From the NCBI GenBank assembly GCA_951406725.2, contig OX597814.1, positions 161,448,001 through 161,512,000 on the forward strand: a stretch of 64,000 nt of DNA. Direction: 5' to 3'. This stretch comes from Octopus vulgaris (lineage: Eukaryota). Below the pieces are notes generated by a model. That model had not been told where the DNA came from. It saw only the letters and a program-made list of their open reading frames with translations, and did no database searches. The stretch's first letter is position 1. Each line of letters opens with the position of its first letter. The translations under genes were made by a program, and so were the position numbers. Shown here piece by piece: positions 53,737 to 64,000 of the stretch.

Positions 53737-54103
53737 CATGGTTCCGGGTCCATCTCACTGTGTGGCACCTTGGGCAAGTGTCTTCCACTATAGCCTTTGG
53801 CCGACCAAAGCCTTGTGAGTGGATTTAGTAGACGGAAACTGAAAGAAGCCTGTCGAATATATGTATATGTATATATATGTGTGTGTGTTTGTGTGTCTGT
53901 GTTTGACCCCTCAATATTGCTTGACAACTGATGCTGGTTTTTTTACGTCCCTGTAACTAAGCAGTTCGGCAAAAAAAACAAAAAAAAAACGATAGAATAA
54001 GTACTAGGCTTACAAAGAATGAGTCCTGGGGTCAATTTGTTTAACTAAAGGTGGTGCACCAGCATCGCCACAGTCAAATGACTGAAACAAGTAAAAGAAT
54101 AAA
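53737..54103 (+). mobile_element. SINE family A, 5'-truncated
   Basis: CATGGTTCCGGGTCC...GGCACCTTGGGCAAGTGTCTT...ATGACTGAAACAAGTAAAAGAATAAAAG. Confidence 0.88.
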
Positions 54104-54171
54104 AGAATATATATATATATATGTATGTATATATTTATATATATATGTCTATGTCTGTCTGTATGTATGTA

Positions 54172-54220
<49 letters not shown>

Positions 54221-54857
54221 CATATATATGTAATATATGTATATATATACATACATACATATACATATATATATATATCATACATACATACAGACAGACA
54301 TAGACATATATATATAAATATATACATACATAAATATATATATAAATAGAGAGAAAAACAGATAGATAGATAGATCGACAGACAGACAGACAGACAGACA
54401 GATAGATAGATAGATAGAAATAGATCCATTTAGCACTATTTCTGTTCAATGTAAAATAACTCTGAGAAATTGAAGTTTATACAAAATCATTGAAATTTCC
54501 ATAGAAATCTGATATTTTCATCGTAGACTGGAGTGTAAAATTTTATTCCAGGCAAGTTTAGTGGGAAAGTGGTTAAAAAAAAAAACCTTTGGCTATATAC
54601 CAGCAGGTAACAAAGCAGTATTTTTATGAAAAGACGTCACACATGAATGAACACAAACTGATAAATTGGGCAGATCAATATTTCCAATATAACTCTAGAT
54701 AAGAAAACAAAAACAAAAAAGCAACTGAAAACAACAACATATATGTGAACAAAATATAATCTACTTGGTAATGCATTATATATATATATATATTTTTATA
54801 TATATATATATGTACATATATATAATGTATATATATATGTGTGTGTATGTGTGTATA

Positions 54858-54904
<47 letters not shown>

Positions 54905-54936
54905 GGTGTGCATGTGTGTGTGTCAGTGGGTTATGT

Positions 54937-55041
<105 letters not shown>

Positions 55042-55089
55042 TATATATATATATAAGCATATACATACATATATATGTTTATATTTTAC

Positions 55090-55186
55090 CTCAAAGTCTT
55101 GTACGTTAGGGTCAGCCATATGTTCCATCAACATGGACATGCAATTTACAAAACCACCATATGCAGCACATTGTAATGCGGTTCTC
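55090..55186 (-). CDS. INVS: Inversin exon (97 nt), ankyrin repeat
   Basis: Acceptor ctttgtcag|G, donor GAG|gtaaaa; encodes [32 protein letters not shown]. Confidence 0.92.
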
Positions 55187-55520
55187 CTGACAAAGAGCAA
55201 AAATAATAACATTCATACATATTGAATCAAGCAATGTTGAATGTAAACAGCAGAAATAAAATTCTAAGAAATTTACTGCAGTATTTTTCATTTTTTCTTT
55301 GCTATAGTATGAAAAACTTGACAATGGTTAGCAAAATGCATTGAACTTACCACAGATTATAACATTTTTATTGTTTGTTGAACATTTTCTTATACAATCA
55401 AGGGTTATTAGCATTTACATCCACAGAACTTGTAAAGTAATTCTTTGAACAAGTGTAAAAGCATATAAATACATGCATAGATACTTATAAATATACATAT
55501 ATACATATTTATGTGTATAC

Positions 55521-55558
<38 letters not shown>

Positions 55559-55768
55559 GCACCATCATTACCATTTAACATCTGTTTTTCATAGGTTGAA
55601 TAGTGAACAATGAGGCAGAGAATTGCGTTGTGCTCCAATGCATATATATATTAATATATATGTGCATATATATAAGCTAATTTGTATACATATATATATA
55701 CACACATATATTTACATACAAATGTATATCAATAAAAGATATGTATGAATACATATGCATGTATACAT

Positions 55769-55805
<37 letters not shown>

Positions 55806-55806
55806 C

Positions 55807-55853
<47 letters not shown>

Positions 55854-55931
55854 TATGGATATACATTTTCTTGCATATGCACTCACATCAATAAATAATT
55901 AAAGATTTACAAATAAATATGTATGTGTGTA

Positions 55932-55979
<48 letters not shown>

Positions 55980-56065
55980 TGCATATATATATATATGAAT
56001 AAAAATGTATACAAATATACATATGTTTGTATGTGCATGTGTGATATATATAAGCATATATATAT

Positions 56066-56097
<32 letters not shown>

Positions 56098-56496
56098 CAG
56101 AATAATCATTATCTATCATTATCATTTTAATGTCTAGTTTTCTTGGCTTGCATGGGTTAGATGGAATTTGTTACGGCAGATTTTTGTGGCCAGATCCCCG
56201 TCTTGTGTCCTACTCTAACCTATCACCAAGCAAGGTAATATCTCTTCATGACCAAACATGTTCTGGGAGTATTGGGAATGAATGATGCTGCTTGTATACT
56301 CATTTACAATTACCACATGATGTCAAAACCAGGAAACACTAACACGCACACATATATGATGGGCTTCAAAAAACATTGGAAAACCTGAGGTTATGTTAGA
56401 AAATACTTACCCAAAGTGCTTTACAGAGGGACTGAACCTGGAACCTGGTTTCAAAACAAATTTCCTACCATATACCCTATGTCACACATGTACAAA

Positions 56497-56550
<54 letters not shown>

Positions 56551-56551
<1 letters not shown>

Positions 56552-57059
56552 TAGCAGTATCGCCCAGCGTTGCTCGGGTTTGTAAGGGAAATAACTATAT
56601 AAGCATTTTTAGAGAGTTACTTCCCTTATAGATGCCAATTCGGGCTTTCTTAGCCATTTCTGTTTTGGTGTCTTCAAGCCATGAAGTCGTTCCAAAAGAA
56701 CGCTGGTCTCCTTGACAACGCTTTATGACGTTGATTTCCTTACACTCCCTTCCCCACAGCTTCACGAGGGAGGGAAGAAGGGGAGAAGCAAACAGGTGCA
56801 GATGTGACCATGGACGCCAACTCCGCCGCCATCGACACACGAAAAATTATGCATTAAAATGGAATAAAAAATGATGTTAAATTATTTTTAAAATCGTAGA
56901 CTCATCGTAGACGCGCGCTAATACTCAGACGGGCTCGATATGAATCACGACTATAAGATACCCGAATTTGGTTAAACTGCACCGCAAAATGTGGGAGTAG
57001 TTAGGAATCTAAATCGAAGGGGACAGACACTCACACAACTACAGTTTTATATATATAGA
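56551..57059 (-). mobile_element. Non-autonomous Helitron (about 509 bp)
   Basis: Minus strand starts TC(TATATA), ends with hairpin CCCGAGCAACGCTGGG then CTAG, and sits between host A and T with no TSD. Confidence 0.82.
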
Positions 57060-57196
57060 TCATCATCATCATCATCATCATCATCATCGTTTAACGTCCG
57101 CTTTCCATGCTAGCATGGGTTGGACGGTTCAACTGGGGTCTGGGAAGCCCGAAGGCTGCACCAGGCCAGTCAGATGTGGCAATATAAATATTATTC

Positions 57197-57540
57197 TTTT
57201 TACTTGTTTCAGTCATTTGACTGTGGCCATGCTGGAGCACCGCCTTTAGTTGAGCAAATTGACCCCAGGACTTATTAGTTGTAAGCCTAGTACATATTTT
57301 ATTGGTCTCTTTTGCTGAACTGCTAAGTTATGAGGACATAAACACACACGTGTGTGTGTATAGCTTGGTGTCTGTGTTGTCCCCCATCTCCACTCGATAA
57401 CCGGTGTGTTTATGCTCCTGTAACTTAGCAGTTCAACAAAAGAGACCAATAGAATAAGTACTGAGATTAATTCATTTGACTAAATTTCTTCAAGGTGGTG
57501 CCCCAGCATGGCCACCATCTAATGACTGAACCAAGTGGAA
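57197..57540. mobile_element. Two SINE A tails in inverted orientation
   Basis: 57197-57350 (minus) is the diverged reverse complement of 57405-57540 (plus). Confidence 0.8.
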
Positions 57541-57672
57541 AAAAATTATATATATATATATATATATTCAACAGCAAATTAAGGAGCAAAACCCTATATT
57601 GACCGCTGGTAGCAAAATAATTTCTGCTGAATTTTTTGCTACCCTATATTGATTAATTATATATATATATAT

Positions 57673-58007
57673 ATACATGTGTATATTTAGGGGTAAACCA
57701 CTAGGTGGATAACCATATGCTAGAAGAAGATCACATACGATTTAACTACAAAGAAAAAATATTCTCCAGAGAAAATTCAGCGAACACCAGAATATTATCA
57801 CTGAATTTTCTCAGGAGAACTTTTTTTCTTTGTAGTTAGATCATATGTGATCTTCTTCTAGCGTATGGTTATCCACCTAATGGTTTATCCCTAAATATAC
57901 ACATGTATTGAAATTTTTTCTGATTTTTCAAATTTTTTATACGCTAGGCTACTGGTTTTAAATTGATATTAATTAAATTAATATTCAATTTATCTCCCTC
58001 ATTATTT
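57673..58007 (-). mobile_element. (TA)n-embedded element with a 108-bp-arm hairpin
   Basis: 57673-57780 pairs with 57801-57908 with few mismatches; related to 22625-22990. Confidence 0.75.
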
Positions 58008-58324
58008 ATATATATATATATATATATATTAATTATATATATAAATAATTAAATATATATAAATGCATATGCAAAAATGTCTCATTATCATTTAATGTCC
58101 ACTTTTCCATGCTTGCATCGGTCAGACAGAATTTGTTGAGGTGGACTTTCTATAGCTACATGTCCTTTCTGTCCACTTGCTTCCAAGTAATGTAATATTT
58201 CCCCATGACGACACATGTCTCAGAACGTTTGAAAGAAAGGACACTGATGGTATGATGGTAACACTCATTTACAAATATCATGCAATGTCAAAAATACAGT
58301 AATACACACACATTTAATAATGTA

Positions 58325-58356
<32 letters not shown>

Positions 58357-58759
58357 CATATACATGATGGGCTTTTTCAATTTCTATCTACCAAATCCAC
58401 TTACAAAGCTTTGGTTTACCTGAGACTACAGTAAAGACATTTGCCTAAGGTGCCATACAGTGGGACTGAACCTAGAGTCATGTGCTTGGGAAGCAAACTT
58501 CTTATTACAGAACCACATACACATGTACACATACATGTGCACACACACACAACTTTATAGAAGAATTTATGTTCTGGAACACAAGATTTCAAGGTGTGTG
58601 TGTGTGTGTGTGTGTGTAATGACTTTTGTGAGGCTTGTCACTTTAGAATTCATCTGGAAATCATCATCATCATTATCCTTCTCCACATCATCACCATCCT
58701 CATCATTATCCTCTTCCTCCTCATCATCACCATCCTCCTCATCATCACCACCATCATCA

Positions 58760-59400
58760 GTTAATATCCATATTTCATGCTGGCATTAGTCCGATAAGCC
58801 AGAGGGCTGCATTGAGCTCTAATCTCTCCTACTGACAAGATTTCTACAGCTGGATGCCCTTCTTAATACCAACCATTCTACAGAGTGTACTGGGTGTTTT
58901 TTTTGTGGCAGCAACACAAGTGAAAGCACCAAGTAACTAATAAGATAAAACCTCTTGAAGGAGTTGGGTGCAGAAACGAAAGGTTTCTTTATACCTGGTG
59001 TTGAGAGGCTAAAGTGTGATAGAAAGACAGGAAGAGATGTCTTGCTGTAGAGGAATTACATGGATACACCTGTAGGAAGGGAAGACAGGATTGTAGAAAT
59101 GAAGTGTAAGCAGAAGAGAGTGATGGGCCAATAGAGAATGACGGAGAAGTAATGGGGTGGAGAGAGAGAGGGAGAAAGAGAGAGAGAAAGAGAGAGTGTG
59201 TGTGTGTGTATGTGTGTGTGTGAGATGGCAGGCAATAAAGAAGGGTGATGTTAGAAAGTATTGAATATGAACAAATTTAATGCTATCCTTCAATACACAA
59301 ATACTGTAATGGGGGAGAAACAGAATAATAGCATGGAGACGCAAAGATAGCAAATGGGATGTGTAACAGATGGGAAATTAACAAAGAAAGATGGAGGACA
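58760..59400 (-). mobile_element. Repeat with family C tail (related copy at 42525-43030)
   Basis: Shared GAGGGCTGCA...CTGGATGCCCTT...ACAGAGTGTACTGGGTGTT...CACCAAGTAACT. Confidence 0.65.
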
Positions 59401-61999
59401 ATAGATGGAGAACATGTTAACATAAAGGGGTGAGAGGGACCCATTATAGATATACATTCCAATTTCTGTCATCATTATCACCATTTTTAAGTCTATTTTT
59501 AAATGTTTGTACATGTTGGGCAAGGTTTTTTTTTTACAGCACATCATTTCCCTATTTGTCACAGTCTTTTGCTTTCTCTGTTAAGAATGTTAGGATGGGT
59601 AAGATATATTTTCCTACATAAGAATAATGGGAAAATACTTCATTTTTAGATTTCAGGTAGGCTCCTAGATGGTAGAAGTTCTTCAATGTAATCCTTTTCT
59701 CTGTTAAACAATGTCTGCAGCTTCTACTGTACTTTTTCAGTAATCACTAGTTGATATTATTTTGTGTAGTGTTTTCATTTAATAGCTATCTATGTCTCTC
59801 ACCAAAGTTGTGATGCTACATCTCTCCTGGATTTAAAAAAAAAAACTTGTGATGTAGCTGGCACAATCACACATACTATGAAACACTAGGGTGTCCCTGC
59901 CAAGACTTCAATAAAATGCATGCTTAACAGACCAGGCATAATGATCAGGAATATAGAAAAGAAATTGTGTATTGTAGTTGAAATCCATTAAATACTAATA
60001 GTAAAAAAAATCCATCTGAACTCTAGCTTTAAATTGATACCAACAATTATTTGAGCACTTGGATATGTGTCTCACTGCCCCAGTACAAAGCTTGAGTTTC
60101 ACAGCCAGTAAGAACATATTTAAACAAGTGATAGCAGCAACAAGCCATATCAAAAACGCTGTCAAAATATGTAAAACATCAAGAAGTTTAACATGTAACA
60201 AGATCTTTGTGTGCAATAACACACATACCTCTATCTATGTATGAATGGGCACAGATGTATATGTATGCTTATAAGAATACATACATATGCATACATAGAA
60301 ATATACATATATATATGCACACATGTGCATATATACATAGATACACATATATACATACAAGACTGCTCTAATGACATTTAAATTCCAATGAAAGTTTGTT
60401 TCTAGGTTAGAAACTATTACTTCCTCCTTTGGGGTGAAACTTAAAAAAATAAAACCAGGAACACACACACACACACACATATATATATATGCAAACATCT
60501 ATTTAGACACACACACAAACACACACATATATATATATATACATTAGAATTTGATTTTGATTGCATCATCCCAAGATGCCTTAAATAATTTGATATTTCA
60601 ACATTTAAACCCACAAGTCTGTTAAGTCCAGATGAATTATTACTGTATTTCCAATTGGAATTTTCAAAAAAAATTACCCTTTAGTTGCTCATAAAGTGGT
60701 GTTTTGTCATCACCAGAACTACACATTGTTGGTGTATAGGCACTGATAAATGTCATCAGCTTATAACAAGGTAGAGATATTAATAAACATAATTCTATCA
60801 TTTAAACCAAAATATAGTTCAGTAAAATATAGGGAAAATGTTAACTTAACCACAAAACCTACATCAGACCCCTTCCTCTGATTATCATCTCTTCCATCTC
60901 AAAAAGAAAAGACAGCATAGCCACCATTTTAGTAGATTGACCTTCAGCAAAATGGGTCTCAGATAAAGCAACAATACCCATTCTATACTTAAGAAGTTCT
61001 ATAGAAACAAAACAGCTTTTCATTTAGTAAATAGCTCAATATTAATAAGTGTTTACATTCCAAAAGCCAATCAGAAAACCTGATTCACACCTTTTGGTAG
61101 TCATTTGATAACAACCTGGGCCCAGTTGCCTTTCCTTGGAACCTTTGCTGTGCCAAACCTACAAGCTCAACTCTCACAAGTACTGTTTGCTATTTAAATT
61201 ATTTTGAATTATACCTGTTGGAAAGCTTTTCACTGAAAGAGTGTGTTAAGGACTACACAATATGAGAATATATTTTCTCAAAAGAGACCAGCAAAGTTTA
61301 AGATAGTTTAATATAATTAAGTGGATCATCTATGTTAGCCTGCAAATGGATAAAATTTAACATATCTATGATAAAGGAAAATATGACTTGCACAATACTG
61401 CACTGACTTGGCAGAGTAAAAATCACCAAAAATAAATCAATAATAAAATCAGTGAGTATTTACAAATGGTTGCAGAGCAAATATTAAATTAGCTTGACAC
61501 ATCGTTCAGTGAATTTGCTGTGCATTCATTCACTGTCAAAAGTATTTCTAAGTCCCTGAATACTATTGCTTGTTAGTTATTGAGATATTGAGTTTATACA
61601 TCCACTAACAAGTTTAGCTGGATTTCTAGCAACCCAGCTCATCAGGCTAGCCTGATGAGGTGCTACTTTAAATGCTGATAACATGATCATCCAACAGACT
61701 TGCACTGAATTAACAGTATTTTATAAGCAGCATTCAGGTATGAACTGACATTGATCATAGTTTTGTGCAAACAAAACTGAGGGTTCAAAATTAGAAAGCA
61801 AAATTTTTAATGCTTAAAAAGGCTTGATGTTGCAGGGCTAAAGAAAAAAATTTGTCAGGCAAGTTTGTAATTCATTGAATGATGTTATGAGATGGGAGGA
61901 AATAAAAAAAGAAAGCATACCAAATTATAAAGTCAGTATTGGTGGTGGTGGTGATGATGAGGGTTACAAAATTGAAAAGCAAAGACTGGTTTGATGATA

Positions 62000-63720
62000 A
62001 TAATCAGCACATAAAAAGCTTATCCAAGCAAAGAGACCTACATAAATAACTCTGTTGAAATGAACATTTATTGACTTGATATAAAATTGTTATGCTAAAG
62101 AATCAGAAGGAAATCAGAAGCATGAAAAATAAGTGATGGATTGAACGCAGCTGTGATCTTCAGAAAGCACACCACAAAGAGGATATTAAGGAACTTTACT
62201 CCGTTACAAATTAAGTTTATGGTCGTTGCTCAATTTCCTGTGCATCCAAAGATTCAAACAAGATCCTCTAACAGTGACAAAAATATTTTAGTGATCTGCT
62301 AAATTACGCATCAATATCTTTTTTCAAAACACATTTGGCAAATCTCAGTAAAGCATTATGTTGACAATCTCCTGCTTTTAGTGAAATAAGAGAGGCTGTG
62401 CACAAACTAAAAAAATAGAAAAACTCACGGCATTGATGGTATTGTAACAGAAATGCTCAAATTAAAGGAACATAGGGATGCTGGATCTTCTTCCCAATCT
62501 AATATATAATCAGTAGAAAAATGATACATGGTTGGAGAGATGCACTATTGACGGTATTGTACAGAGGAAAAAGCATCAAAAATATATGGAATAATTCTTG
62601 AAGTATTTCTCTCTCAATGGTGTACACAAAATATTGGTTTCAAAGTTTGACACAAGGCCAGAAATTTCAGTAGAGTGGGTAGTTGATTACATCAACTCAA
62701 GTGTTCAATTGGTTCTTATTTTATCAACCCCAAAAGGACAAAAGGCAAAGTCAACCTTGGTAGAATTCGAACTCAGAACATGAAGATGGACAAAATGACG
62801 CAAAGCATTTTGCCTGACTTGCTAATGATTCTACTAGTTCACTGCTTATGTGTACACCTAATATTGAGCAGAATTATTGTTGATAGGATTACTTAATACA
62901 TTGAAACATTTCTTTGTTTTGAGTCTTAATCAGGTTTTGCATTAAACAAGGAACCGATGACATAAAATTTTCCACTTGTCAACAGCAACTGAAATGCATT
63001 GAACAGACTTGACCTTCACCATTGCATTATTCAATTCATGAAGGTCTTTGATCCAGTAAATTGTGATGTGTTATTGCCAATTCTGAGAAAGTTGATTGTG
63101 ATAAATTTACAAATATTATCACATCTTTATGATAATATGAGAACATATATTGTATTTGGTGGAGAACTCCCAAATCCATTTTCAATTAGAGGTGGTGTAA
63201 TACAAGGTGGTATAACAACTCCTACTCTGTTTATCATGTGTTTCACAATTGTATGGTTTCAAAGACTTTCAGACTGTTTTGAAGGTATTTATATGTGCTG
63301 CTACACAACTGGTTAGTTATTCAACTATAAACGGCTTAAATGAAGTCACACACTTCTGTGTCGCTGATAAGAAACCTCTTGTATGTTGATGACTGAGACT
63401 TAGTTACACAATGAAAATGATCTTCAAACTCTTATGGATAAAATTTCATTGATGTAACATGTTTTGGTCTCTCAATAAATCTTGGTAAAACAGTTATTCT
63501 TGAGAGTCCTGCCATGGAAATACTCACAGGGATCCACGAATGGATCCCTCTGAAAGTTATATCTTCTGTCAAATATTTTAGAGGATATGAAAATCACAAT
63601 ACAAAATCTTGATGAAGAAATTGCAATTAGAATCCTGCTATTGCATATTCACGGAATGCTCCTGTCACCATGTTACTACTTTTTTTTAGTATCACTATGG
63701 GCTCAATAATTTTGTCAAAA
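62000..63720 (+). mobile_element. Decayed RTE LINE reverse transcriptase, interrupted by a SINE B (about 62640-62850, minus)
   Basis: FMKVFDPVN (FxKAFD), GVIQGGITTPTLF (GVxQG..PxLF) and LLYVDD (YADD) in order; many stops. Confidence 0.8.
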
Positions 63721-64000
63721 GATTCCATAATTGTTGGAACTTACATAAAACCCCAGGTCCCACAAAGTTTATTAAATCATTAAATAGATTTCAAAGAAAA
63801 GGAAACTCTTACTAGATTATCTCAAGAATTAGATATAAAGATTTTGGTAGTCTTTATTTTTAAACATAGCCTTAAGCATAGGTGTAGTAATTAACATCCT
63901 TATAAAAAGTAAAATGCAAAGGCAACAATGCATATGCCTATATATATATATACACACATATATATATATATATATACACATATATATATATATACATACG

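Noticed and set aside
60668-60720. Minus-strand GDDKTPLYEQLKG with a GG|gtaat donor as the preceding inversin exon
   Set aside because: Does not resemble the expected upstream inversin sequence (NPNVQDxxG); the TPL match is probably chance, so the upstream exon is taken to lie outside the window

Overview
AT-rich, repeat-dense animal genomic DNA. The SINE families and (TA)n/(CAT)n/(GATA)n microsatellites suggest an octopus (inference). Nearly all ORFs in the supplied track are microsatellite or transposon noise. The one clear gene is the 3' part of an inversin (INVS/NPHP2) orthologue on the minus strand. It has five short coding exons with GT-AG boundaries and consistent phases (55186-55090, 41381-41275, 13423-13306, 9554-9463, 6753-6687), encoding the last ankyrin repeats, the IQ motif and a short charged tail. 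Introns are 13.7, 27.9, 3.8 and 2.7 kb, and upstream exons lie beyond the right edge. The rest is several tRNA-derived SINE families, decayed RTE and CR1/Jockey-like LINE fragments, a mariner transposase relic, a non-autonomous Helitron, (TA)n-embedded elements with inverted or direct terminal repeats, and many hairpins. I see no demonstrably new biological system. The best leads are an apparently C-terminally short inversin whose D-box 1 is degenerate, a frame-preserving 45-nt candidate cassette exon, and fold-back structures that could be ADAR or miRNA substrates. Repeat coordinates are approximate; exon coordinates were counted by hand.
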